From a bacterium (lineage in GTDB: Bacteria > Patescibacteriota > Microgenomatia > UBA1406 > GWC2-37-13), in contig JAZDOY010000034.1 of the NCBI GenBank assembly GCA_043798165.1, positions 17,778 through 81,777 on the forward strand: a stretch of 64,000 nt of DNA, given 5' to 3'. Under the pieces are notes generated by a model. The model had not been told where the DNA came from, made no database searches, and saw nothing but the letters and a program-made list of their open reading frames with translations. The translations under genes were made by a program, and so were the position numbers. Shown here piece after piece: positions 28,905 to 38,015 of the stretch; the first letter of the stretch is position 1; every line of letters begins with the position of its first letter.

Positions 28905-28933
28905 TTGACTCTGTTTTTTGGAAGAGGTAATAT
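28905..28933 (+). promoter_or_regulatory. candidate sigma70-type promoter of pepA (near-leaderless)
   Basis: TTGACT, a 17-nt spacer, then TAATAT. The -10 ends 9 nt before the ATG at 28943, and no Shine-Dalgarno sequence lies between them. Confidence 0.45.
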
Positions 28934-28942
28934 AGTTTCACT

Positions 28943-30409
28943 ATGACACCACGGATACGTATACATGAAATATATGTAAACCCCACATCCTTCCACATCT
29001 TCTTTTCACACAGCGGAAAAAATACATTCGCAGATCTCCCCCCAGAGCTTCAAAAACGCATTCAATTTAAAGCGGAAAAAGATGATTTTTCTGGAAAAAA
29101 AAGTGAACTTATCCATATAGAAACTGTTTCAGAAAAAGGGATAGAGCATGTAGTCGTTATTGGTATGGAGGAGGAATCAACGCATGATTTGAAAGTAATT
29201 CGAAGGCAAACGAGCAAGGCCGTTGAGCTTGCCAGAAAAGTTAAGGCACAGGAAATAACGGTGCATGTAAAAACACACACAAAAAAAATACAGGCAATAG
29301 TAGAAGGCATTTATTTGGGTGATTATTCATTTGATACTTTTAAAAGTAAAGAATCTCAAAAAAAACATCCCCACATTATAGATGTATATTTGCTAACTCC
29401 TGAAACTGAAGAAACAAAAAAATCTGTTTCACACGGAATTAAAACGGCTACTGCAGTCCTTTTGACGAAAGACTTAGTCAATACTCCTGCCTCGCATTTA
29501 CATCCAGAAACTCTTGTGGTGCAGGCGAAAGAAATTGAAAAAAAATCGGAGGGGGCAGTCACAGTCACAGTCCTCCAAGAAACAGAATGTAAAAAGGAAG
29601 GGATGGGTGCATTCTTGGGCGTTGCGCAGGGGAGTGAACGAAAGCCTGCATTCATTATCCTTCACTATAAAGGAAGTGGACAGAAAAAATTTGCTTTTGT
29701 TGGTAAATCAATCACTTTTGATTCAGGAGGCCTTTCCCTCAAACCAAGTGAGGGGATGATGGATATGAAAATTGATATGGCGGGGGGGGCTGCGGTACTT
29801 GGAGTATTTGACTATTTAGCATCTCAAAAACCTCACATATCCGCTTTTTCCGACGTTTATGGAGTTTTACCAGCCTGTGAAAATATGCCGTCAGGAAAAG
29901 CAATGAAACCAGGAGATATTGTCACGGCATTAAATGGAAAAACGATAGAGGTATTAAATACAGATGCGGAAGGAAGATTGGCTCTCGCAGACGCACTCGT
30001 ATATGCAGAAACAAAGCTCAAGGCTGATTATATTATCGATATGGCCACACTCACAGGAGCGTGTATGGTAGCTCTTGGCCCAGACCTTGCCGGGTTATTT
30101 TGTAACAATGATATATTTGAAAAACAATATAGTATTTCCGCGCATCTTACCAACGACGATTACTGGAGAATGCCACTCCATAGTGAATATCTGTCTCAGA
30201 TGAAAAGCACACTTGCGGATTTAAAAAATATCGGCGGAGGAAGATACGGGGGAGCAATAACAGCTGCACTATTTTTAAAAGAATTTGTAAAAAAAGCAAA
30301 ATGGATGCATATTGATATTGCGGGACCTGCTCATACGGATAAAAAAGGGGCATCGGGATGGGGAGTTTTATCAGTTATATATTTTCTCGAACAATTTACA
30401 AAAGTATGA
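28943..30409 (+). CDS. pepA: leucyl aminopeptidase (M17)
   Basis: Has the M17 signature NTDAEGRLALADAL and the metal ligand blocks VGKSITFDSGG and DMAGGAA. Confidence 0.92.
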   Translation: MTPRIRIHEIYVNPTSFHIFFSHSGKNTFADLPPELQKRIQFKAEKDDFSGKKSELIHIETVSEKGIEHVVVIGMEEESTHDLKVIRRQTSKAVELARKVKAQEITVHVKTHTKKIQAIVEGIYLGDYSFDTFKSKESQKKHPHIIDVYLLTPETEETKKSVSHGIKTATAVLLTKDLVNTPASHLHPETLVVQAKEIEKKSEGAVTVTVLQETECKKEGMGAFLGVAQGSERKPAFIILHYKGSGQKKFAFVGKSITFDSGGLSLKPSEGMMDMKIDMAGGAAVLGVFDYLASQKPHISAFSDVYGVLPACENMPSGKAMKPGDIVTALNGKTIEVLNTDAEGRLALADALVYAETKLKADYIIDMATLTGACMVALGPDLAGLFCNNDIFEKQYSISAHLTNDDYWRMPLHSEYLSQMKSTLADLKNIGGGRYGGAITAALFLKEFVKKAKWMHIDIAGPAHTDKKGASGWGVLSVIYFLEQFTKV

Positions 30410-31470
30410 AGACATCAAAACTCATGCAAACGGACGGCATCATCAAAGCAGCGCCTGACGAAATACTCTCTTCAGTGTTAAGTCGATTGCCGAGCTCTCA
30501 CTCAGCGGCGTTTATCTTCGATAAGGATCAAAAGTATCTTGGCATTATTAACCCATATTATTCTGTAATCAAGTCTTCTCACCCTTCAAATATAAAGATA
30601 GAACATTGCCTGTTTCATGCGCCTCATATAAAAATGCAACATACCGCTGGAAAAATTGCAGAAATGATGATCCAGTCAAAAGTACACTACCTTCCCGTAT
30701 TCGATGATCAAGATAAATTTATCGGTATGGTGTCGGCACGAAATATGCTAAGAACGTATGAATCTCACAATGTTTTTACCGTTCGATTAAGTGACATGAT
30801 ACATGCGAAAAAACGACCCCTCATTGTAGTCCAGGAAGAAGAAACAATTGGTCAGGCATTGCATTTATTTAAGGAAACAAAGCTTTCAAAGTTGGTGGTT
30901 GTCAATAAGGAAGGGCGACTGAAGGGGGTTCTTAGTTATTATGATCTTATTTCCTTCCTGATTGCTCCAAAGAAAAAAGAACGAGGTGCACTTAATACGG
31001 ATAAATCCTCGCTCCAAACAAAACGGGTAAAACACTATCTTAAATCATATGTTCTCACCTTAAGCCCCAACGATTTTGCACGAGATGCCCTTCATCTAAT
31101 TTTAGAGAAAAAAATTGGCAGCATCATTGTTGTTGATACAAACGGCAAACCTATCGATATCCTTACAACGCGAGATTTGCTTGGACTCCTTATTTATGAA
31201 CCAACAGTGGCAAAAATGGAGATGTCTACTCAAAACCTTTCGCTCAAAAGTTCTATCATCACAAAAGGATTTTTTGAACGGCTTAAAGAACGATTGACGA
31301 AAAAAAAAGATATTTCAAAAGCAAAATTATTTGTAAAAGAAGAAAAGGATGGAAATTTATTTAAAGTTGTACTTTCACTTATTCCTAAAAAAGGGCAGCC
31401 AAAAGTAGTTGTAGAAGAGGGAAGAAATCTTGAAGGAGTGCTGAAGAAAGTAAAAACTGAACAAAATTAA
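30406..31470 (+). CDS. CBS-domain protein (two CBS pairs) with HPF/RaiA-like C-terminal domain (tentative)
   Basis: CBS-type repeats are present (HYLPVFDDQDKFIGMVSARNML, KLVVVNKEGRLKGVLSYYDLI, SIIVVDTNGKPIDILTTRDLL). The last 85 aa or so follow a beta-alpha-beta-beta-beta-alpha pattern resembling ribosome hibernation factors. The start ATG 30406 overlaps the pepA stop (ATGA). Confidence 0.75.
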   Translation: MKTSKLMQTDGIIKAAPDEILSSVLSRLPSSHSAAFIFDKDQKYLGIINPYYSVIKSSHPSNIKIEHCLFHAPHIKMQHTAGKIAEMMIQSKVHYLPVFDDQDKFIGMVSARNMLRTYESHNVFTVRLSDMIHAKKRPLIVVQEEETIGQALHLFKETKLSKLVVVNKEGRLKGVLSYYDLISFLIAPKKKERGALNTDKSSLQTKRVKHYLKSYVLTLSPNDFARDALHLILEKKIGSIIVVDTNGKPIDILTTRDLLGLLIYEPTVAKMEMSTQNLSLKSSIITKGFFERLKERLTKKKDISKAKLFVKEEKDGNLFKVVLSLIPKKGQPKVVVEEGRNLEGVLKKVKTEQN

Positions 31471-31497
31471 TTACTAGAAACGCATTACAACGCAATT

Positions 31498-33225
31498 GTG
31501 TTTGAAAAAAGTAAAATAGTGTTGGTTGGCATTCTTTTTTTAGGTCTTTTTTTTCGTTTATATGGAAATAATTGGGATCAAGGGTGGCACCTTCATCCGG
31601 ACGAACGGTTTCTCACGATGGTTGGAGTAGACGTAAAAATCCCTTCCTCCATAGAAGAGTACCTTAACCCGTCTACCTCATCATTTAATCCGGTCAATAA
31701 GGGGCACTCATTTTACGTTTATGGAACATTTCCTGTCCTTCTTAATAAGCTTTTTGCTCAATATCTTTACAACGACACCTATGATTTATTTAATTTGCAG
31801 GGGAGAGTGTTGTCGGGCATAGCTGATTTCTTTGTGATAATAATTATCTATAAATTAATAGAATTAGTAGAAAAAAAATTAAAATTCCCTTATTCGATAA
31901 AATATTTTAGTGCCTTTTTTTATGCAATAGCAGTTCTTCCTATACAGCTTTCACATTTTTTTGCAGTGGATACATTTCTCAATTTTTTTTGTTGGTTAAG
32001 TTTATATTACGCAATTAAAACAGTTATACAAAAGAAAAAAACATTACTGTTTAATGTGTGTATGTCGGGGGTGTTTTTTGGGCTTGCATTGGCATGCAAA
32101 ATAAGTGCAATTTACGTTGCTCCACTCATTGGAGTCTTTATCTTGCTCGGGATGTATCGGGTCATCCTCGTGAAGACGGGGATCCAGTCTAAAATTTTCA
32201 ATTTGAATAAGGATATTAGAGGTTGGATTCCCGCCTGCGCAGGAATAACAATTTTCCTATTTTCCTGTTACTTCGCTCTTCGACTTGGGTCTCCCTATTA
32301 TTTTGAGACAAACACCGTTTTTAACCCCCAATTAAGCAGTGTTTTTGTCAATAATCTTCAAACATTAAAATCATTTGAAAACCCTCAGGCTCTTTTTCCT
32401 CCCGCAATCCAATGGCTTTCAAAATCATTTGATTTCCCTATAAAAAACGTAATCTTCTTCGGAGTTGGAGTATGTTATTTTTTGCTTTCACTTATTGGAT
32501 TGTTTTCGTTATTAAAAAAAAGAAATATATTTGTAACGATATGTATTCTTTGGGTGGGACTATTTTTCACATCCCAATCCATCCAATTTGCAAAAACAAT
32601 GCGCTATCTCATTTTTTTCTATCCGTTCCTGGCAATGTTTGCCGCGGTTGGAATGGTATTTATTATTGATAAAACAAAAAAAATATCAAAAAAATTTAGT
32701 TATTTCTCATTTGTCATTTGTTTATTATCTGTGCTTATTTGGCCCGTTGCCTTCATGTCTATCTATACGAAAGACCATTCCCGAGTAACTGCCTCCCGAT
32801 GGATATATAATACTATTCCATCCGGAAGTACAATTCTCACCGAATATTGGGATGACGCGCTTCCCCTCACTGTAGAAAATTCAGCAAGTAAAGAATACAA
32901 CAGAGTCGAAGTACACATTTTTGATCCTGATACAAAAGAAAAATGGCTAACGATAAATAATCAATTAAAAAATGCCAATTATTATATTATGTCATCCAAC
33001 AGGGGATGGGGGAGCATCATGGAAGTTCCAGAAAAATATCCACTCTCCTCACAATTCTATAGAAATATGTTCGCCAACAAACAAGGATACATCTTAGTAA
33101 GTAAATTTGTCTCGTATCCCTCATTACGCTATTTGGGCATTCCTCTTGATTTCCCGGACCAATGGGCAGAAGAGGCATTTACTGTGTACGACCATCCAGA
33201 AATAATGATATTTAAGAAGAGTTAA
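31498..33225 (+). CDS. polytopic membrane protein, GT-C-like glycosyltransferase (ArnT/PMT/DUF2298-like)
   Basis: 575 aa with more than 10 hydrophobic helices. It has the early motif NWDQGWHLHPDERF and a C-terminal soluble domain. It is adjacent to glycosylation genes. Confidence 0.55.
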   Translation: MFEKSKIVLVGILFLGLFFRLYGNNWDQGWHLHPDERFLTMVGVDVKIPSSIEEYLNPSTSSFNPVNKGHSFYVYGTFPVLLNKLFAQYLYNDTYDLFNLQGRVLSGIADFFVIIIIYKLIELVEKKLKFPYSIKYFSAFFYAIAVLPIQLSHFFAVDTFLNFFCWLSLYYAIKTVIQKKKTLLFNVCMSGVFFGLALACKISAIYVAPLIGVFILLGMYRVILVKTGIQSKIFNLNKDIRGWIPACAGITIFLFSCYFALRLGSPYYFETNTVFNPQLSSVFVNNLQTLKSFENPQALFPPAIQWLSKSFDFPIKNVIFFGVGVCYFLLSLIGLFSLLKKRNIFVTICILWVGLFFTSQSIQFAKTMRYLIFFYPFLAMFAAVGMVFIIDKTKKISKKFSYFSFVICLLSVLIWPVAFMSIYTKDHSRVTASRWIYNTIPSGSTILTEYWDDALPLTVENSASKEYNRVEVHIFDPDTKEKWLTINNQLKNANYYIMSSNRGWGSIMEVPEKYPLSSQFYRNMFANKQGYILVSKFVSYPSLRYLGIPLDFPDQWAEEAFTVYDHPEIMIFKKS

Positions 33226-34009
33226 CTTTTTTTAGTACAAAAAAACAAGCGGAAGGGTTTCTTTTGTCTTCCGCAATGAGCTTTTTGATTTCATTTATCT
33301 CACCTTGTAAAACAAAGGGAAACACCCTCCATTTCTTAAATAATATATATGTAAACAATGAAAAAACGGAGAGAAAATGATGCAATTCAATTTTGTGTGC
33401 CGCTTTTTCATACAGATAGTCCACAGATTCAACCACATCAAATCCCGCGTTGCTAAATAGATATATCCATTCCTTTTTCGAAAGAAGTGAATCATGATGC
33501 TGCATTTTATTAAACCAATTGACATATTTTTTTCCAAATATTTTTCCTCCAAATAAATTATTACTCCAGCTAGTACACATAACTGTCGTCATAATAAGTC
33601 CATCATTTTTTGTTACTCGATACATTTCTCGCATACTTTTCGCAATGTGAGGAACATGTTCAAATACACAATTTGAAACAATGGTCCCAAATGTTTTTGA
33701 AGCAAACGGAATGACATGTCCATCATATTTTGTTATTTGTATATATACTTGTGTTTTAAGTGATTCTCCAATTCTGCTTGAGGGAAGGTCAATCCCTACA
33801 TCAATGAACTTTTTTCTATAAAATGTACTTGCAAAAAATCCATCACCACATCCAAAGTCCAGAATAGGTCCCCTCATCTTATTTATTCGTTCATAAAACA
33901 ACAGCGCTTCCTGTGGTCGTAGATACGCATAAAAATATGGTCGTTCTCTCAAATATCTTTTTATTATTGATGTAATTGTATTCATTATTGACGATATATT
34001 ACTTGGCAA
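33212..34009 (-). CDS. class I SAM-dependent methyltransferase
   Basis: Has motif I (ILDFGCGDGFFA) and a post-I acidic residue (IDVGIDL). It is of the Methyltransf_11 type. Confidence 0.8.
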   Translation of the reverse strand: MPSNISSIMNTITSIIKRYLRERPYFYAYLRPQEALLFYERINKMRGPILDFGCGDGFFASTFYRKKFIDVGIDLPSSRIGESLKTQVYIQITKYDGHVIPFASKTFGTIVSNCVFEHVPHIAKSMREMYRVTKNDGLIMTTVMCTSWSNNLFGGKIFGKKYVNWFNKMQHHDSLLSKKEWIYLFSNAGFDVVESVDYLYEKAAHKIELHHFLSVFSLFTYILFKKWRVFPFVLQGEINEIKKLIAEDKRNPSACFFVLKKVNSS

Positions 34010-35166
34010 ATAATAGAGTAAATACTATCATACGTTTTTTGAGGATTAAATATATTTTTTGCTTGGTTGATCAAATATTGGTTTGAATAGAGTGCCTTAT
34101 TTTTGAGAATGTGTTTAATAGCCGTAGTAATTTCCATTGCATTATTCGGTGTCGTGATAACGCCCATTTTTGTCAGCTGAAGGGGGATTTTTACTCCTGG
34201 AAGACGAGACACTATGACGGGTGTTCCCTGGAGCATCGCTTCAACCTGAACCATTCCAAATGCCTCAGTTTTATTAATTGAAGGAAGAACAAGAAGGTCA
34301 ATTCCACTATAAAAAGCACTCAATTGTTCCTCGGATAAAGTGCCTAAGAAAACATGGGGTATCTTTTTTTCTTCAAGAAGATTTCGTATTTTTGTATAAT
34401 ATGACTCTTCGCCAATAACATTTTTTCCAGTAGGACCTGCAAAAATAAGGATAATATTCTTAAGCGTACTGGCACTCTTTATAAGTACTTCAATTCCTTT
34501 TTCAGTTGAAATCCTTCCGCAAAAACCTATTAAATATGTATGCTCATTTCTTAATTTAGTCAGTTTCTTTTTAAACGATACATCTGGTATGGCGGTATTC
34601 ACCAAAGGAAATACTTCATGCATCTTATACCAGAACAATGTATACGGCCACTTCCGTTCATAGTAATCTTTTGTCTCTACAATAATTTTATCTGCAAGAA
34701 GAAGTTGTAAGAAAACGCCACAGTTGAGGACGAAATTGATAACACTATTGATGAGTGAAAAGGGGAGGGCTACTTCACAGTGTAAAAATGTAATAATAGG
34801 TTTCTTTTTACACTTTGCGATAAGCGCTAAACCAACTCCCTCAATACTTGGAAGATTGATTATGACTATATCTGTTTTGATTACCTCCCTCCAAAAATAG
34901 AAAAGGGATATCGGAGAGATAAAACCCTTTGAAATGCGAAGCCAAAAAGGCATTCTATATATAATACAGCGATCATTTATTGTTTCTTCGGTTGCCAAAT
35001 TTTCATCATATTGAAACGTGAGACAAGAAGTATTACACAATAATGTATGTTTACATAACAGCCTGTATGGATACTGTGTTATTCCTGAAATGTAAGGATA
35101 AAAATAGGGAGAAAAAAAGAGTACCTTACATGATTTCTGTTGCATATTACTGCTTATTTTATCCAT
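33985..35166 (-). CDS. GT4-family glycosyltransferase
   Basis: Has the C-terminal GT-B motif PSINKTEAFGMVQVEAMLQGTPVIVS (E-x7-E type). Confidence 0.8.
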   Translation of the reverse strand: MDKISSNMQQKSCKVLFFSPYFYPYISGITQYPYRLLCKHTLLCNTSCLTFQYDENLATEETINDRCIIYRMPFWLRISKGFISPISLFYFWREVIKTDIVIINLPSIEGVGLALIAKCKKKPIITFLHCEVALPFSLINSVINFVLNCGVFLQLLLADKIIVETKDYYERKWPYTLFWYKMHEVFPLVNTAIPDVSFKKKLTKLRNEHTYLIGFCGRISTEKGIEVLIKSASTLKNIILIFAGPTGKNVIGEESYYTKIRNLLEEKKIPHVFLGTLSEEQLSAFYSGIDLLVLPSINKTEAFGMVQVEAMLQGTPVIVSRLPGVKIPLQLTKMGVITTPNNAMEITTAIKHILKNKALYSNQYLINQAKNIFNPQKTYDSIYSIICQVIYRQ

Positions 35167-35762
35167 GTTTTCATCATGAGTATTGCGGATGCCAGGTTTG
35201 GAAATTTTTTAGGAAACTCTGTTCCTTTGTCGACAATGTTATATATCCAGAGAATTTCTGCGGGGGTGTTTTTGGAAAGGTGATCAACAATGTCGAAATT
35301 GTCCTCAACGTACATGTCCAAACGAAGTTCTTTTATCATTCGCTCCTTAAATAGATGTGGTTCTTCATCTTTACTATTGTGAAATACGCCCTTAAATGTC
35401 TTTTCTAATTTATTTTTCTTTACCCATCGTTCAACACTTTTACCGAGAAAACCATAACGGGCCGTAATAAGATATGCCTCTATTTTTCCTTGTTTAACAA
35501 GATCGGTAATTTCATGAATACCGGGCGCATTATAAATGCTGGATTTATGGACAAGCCGCCAAAATAATTTTTCATGAGGTGTCTTTGGATAATAAAATTT
35601 CAATTTTTTTTTGTGAAGAAAAATTTGTTTTATAAATGAAATGATGGGACGGACAATGCGAGCAGGGTTGTATAAAAGGACACCATCCATATCAAACCCA
35701 ACACGAAGGGGAGAGGATTGTTTGGTCATGAGTGATATTGTACTATAAATAACACTGTACAA
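35154..35762 (-). CDS. HAD-like phosphatase (nucleotidase-like), tentative
   Basis: Has motif I (VGFDMDGVLLYNP), ITAR, and the distal acidic motif YVEDNFDIV. Confidence 0.5.
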   Translation of the reverse strand: MYSVIYSTISLMTKQSSPLRVGFDMDGVLLYNPARIVRPIISFIKQIFLHKKKLKFYYPKTPHEKLFWRLVHKSSIYNAPGIHEITDLVKQGKIEAYLITARYGFLGKSVERWVKKNKLEKTFKGVFHNSKDEEPHLFKERMIKELRLDMYVEDNFDIVDHLSKNTPAEILWIYNIVDKGTEFPKKFPNLASAILMMKTWIK

Positions 35763-35850
35763 GATATAACTTTACCCTCGTTAGTGATTAAACAGTCCAT
35801 TAAAATATATTAACTTATTGGATATTTATTAACCTATAGTATATAATACT

Positions 35851-36726
35851 GTGGTGGAAATATACGCAGATTCAGCCATTTCTCTTGCGCGCCACAAAGC
35901 GCACCCTACAAGACCCGTAAAGCTTCTTGCCATGGCTGCCTTTATGCTTGCTGCCGGTTGCACCGGTCGTGCTCCTTCCAGTGGGGCAATACATGTCCCA
36001 CCTCCGCTTCCCGTAGCATCAGCTGATATATCGCCCGTACTCCCCACACTTGTGCAGGGAACCTCTCTGAGGACTGAAGCTGATATACACATGCTTAATA
36101 CCACAATACCGGGGATTGATTTAACATATTCGGGAAATGAGCGTGTTACAAAAATAAGATCCATCCCGGATCCAACAGAACGGATATTAAAGGCAATCGG
36201 TTTTTTAGATGTTGAGAATTCCGTCCGTTATAGTACTGATGTACAAGGAGTATATGTATGCAATGTCTATGCACTAGATCTTCTGAGGCTTGTTCTTGGT
36301 AATCATGATATCGGATCAAGCTACTCACAAAAAACAGGGATGCCCTCAGTGAGGGGGCCAAACGATCCAGCCCTATCAAACGACTATTTATTTCTACATG
36401 CGAACAACCTTGACAAATGGATGCAAACATACGGAGTGAAATATGGCTGGCGAAAAGCTAATACCCAAGAAGAGTTAAGAAGAATACTTGCTACAAACGC
36501 AATCGGTTTGGGAGTAAGTTCGCAGGACTACATAACAAAGCAGGAGAGAGGTTTTACCGGTCATTCTTTTGTTATAACCAATGATCAAAAATCTTTTGGC
36601 GTATCTCAGGCAACACGCAACGTCCGTTTTGAAGGATGGCCCTTCAATTCGACAGGTCCCAAGGTATACCCTGAAGCCAACGTATTCAGTTTTTGGGTTC
36701 ACACTCTTCCTCCTCCAACACGCTAA
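35851..36726 (+). CDS. putative lipoprotein, unknown function
   Basis: The N-terminus ends in the lipobox-like sequence LAAGC. The Pro/Ala-rich linker is encoded by locally GC-rich DNA. The C-domain has a Cys ... His pair (VCNVYALD ... GHSFVITND) that could indicate a papain-like fold. Start uncertain. Confidence 0.5.
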   Translation: MVEIYADSAISLARHKAHPTRPVKLLAMAAFMLAAGCTGRAPSSGAIHVPPPLPVASADISPVLPTLVQGTSLRTEADIHMLNTTIPGIDLTYSGNERVTKIRSIPDPTERILKAIGFLDVENSVRYSTDVQGVYVCNVYALDLLRLVLGNHDIGSSYSQKTGMPSVRGPNDPALSNDYLFLHANNLDKWMQTYGVKYGWRKANTQEELRRILATNAIGLGVSSQDYITKQERGFTGHSFVITNDQKSFGVSQATRNVRFEGWPFNSTGPKVYPEANVFSFWVHTLPPPTR

Positions 36727-36791
36727 AAAAATGATAAGACTACAGATATCGGCATCTTTAAGTTTCCAGTTTCAACTGCTATACTTAGCAT

Positions 36792-37640
36792 ATGTTACCT
36801 CTCTTTGCACAGCTTGGTTCGCTTTCTCTCTATACCTACGGCGTTTTTTTAATGCTTGGTTTTTTTTGGGCATGTTTTTTTATCTGGAAACATATCCGTA
36901 TTTCAAAATTCGAAGAAGAAAATGCGTTTGATATTACCTTTATATCTTTTGGCGGTGCACTCGTTATTGGAAGAATTATATATTGTTTGATGCATTTTCA
37001 GGAATTCGGATTGAATATTCTAAAATATCTTTTGGCAAATGGATATCCAGGAATATCATCTGTAGGCATGCTTCTTGGTGGGGTAGGCACTATGTATTGG
37101 GCGTGTCGAGTACGAAAAATAAAATTTCAAGAATTTAGTGACTATATAGCACCGTCACTTTTTGTTTTTGCGATGGCGGCAGAATTAGGAGCTTTTATTG
37201 CAGGGACTGAGCCTGGCATTGTCTGGAAGTGGTTTCGACATCCTGTTGCGTTCTATAAAGCAACTCTTCTTGGCGTGGGGACCTATCTTTCATTCCATAT
37301 GTTTTATAACGTTCGAAAAGAAAAAATTGAAAAAGGTGCACCATTATTCTTCTTTTTGGGGTCTTATTCGTTCGTATATGTAGTGTTCCAATTTCTTAGG
37401 GATAAGCGCTCCCTAATAACCGAAAGTCCCATAGAAACAGGAGCCCTTTTTATTTTGCTCTTGACATCTTGTTTTTATTTTGTGTATTATTTCAGAGTTT
37501 TAATTGGGCAGCGTTGTAGGGACTTTATTAATTCGAAAATGAACTATGTCAAAACAATTGTCAAATACGTTTCTCACAAAACAGAAAAACATCATAGAGG
37601 AGGAGCAGAAAAAACTACAACTCTTAATAGTAAATCTTAA
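36792..37640 (+). CDS. lgt: prolipoprotein diacylglyceryl transferase-like
   Basis: Polytopic protein. The N-terminal sequence LYTYGVFLMLGFFWA and the FRHPVAFYKA block resemble the Lgt motifs (RHPSQLYE). It lies next to a lipoprotein gene. Confidence 0.6.
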   Translation: MLPLFAQLGSLSLYTYGVFLMLGFFWACFFIWKHIRISKFEEENAFDITFISFGGALVIGRIIYCLMHFQEFGLNILKYLLANGYPGISSVGMLLGGVGTMYWACRVRKIKFQEFSDYIAPSLFVFAMAAELGAFIAGTEPGIVWKWFRHPVAFYKATLLGVGTYLSFHMFYNVRKEKIEKGAPLFFFLGSYSFVYVVFQFLRDKRSLITESPIETGALFILLLTSCFYFVYYFRVLIGQRCRDFINSKMNYVKTIVKYVSHKTEKHHRGGAEKTTTLNSKS

Positions 37641-37911
37641 AGAAGAAGATCCATTTTCAGACCCAGATCATGCATCTGACAATGCTGCTGTGGATACAGA
37701 TGTTCGAGAACAGGTAGGACACGACACAGTCGAAGCGGAAATAAAAGATGCAACTAAAAGAATGGAAGAACTAAAAGTTGCATTTGATCTTCTCAAGAAG
37801 GGAAAATACGGCGTTTGCGAACGCTGTAATAAAGACATTCCTCAAGCTCGTTTAGAGCTTGTGCCGGAGGCACGCTATTGCATTGATTGTAAAAAGGCGC
37901 TAAGCAGATAA
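37546..37911 (+). CDS. DksA/TraR-family C4 zinc-finger protein
   Basis: Has a coiled-coil region plus CERCNKDIPQARLELVPEARYCIDC. The annotated start overlaps the lgt-like ORF by 95 nt, so either the start or the lgt end is uncertain. Confidence 0.75.
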   Translation: MSKQLSNTFLTKQKNIIEEEQKKLQLLIVNLKEEDPFSDPDHASDNAAVDTDVREQVGHDTVEAEIKDATKRMEELKVAFDLLKKGKYGVCERCNKDIPQARLELVPEARYCIDCKKALSR

Positions 37912-38015
37912 AGGCCCCGTTTATTATTGTTACTCTTCGATATTGCCTCTTATGGGTAGTTATTGTCTTATAAAAAGCAGCACATGGGGAGTTTATCCGC
38001 TATACTAAAAGATAT

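Noticed and set aside
35829-36164. 111-aa minus-strand ORF in the GC-rich start of the lipoprotein gene.
   Set aside because: It is the mirror image of the Pro/Ala-rich linker coding region on the plus strand. The plus-strand ORF is much longer and has a lipobox.
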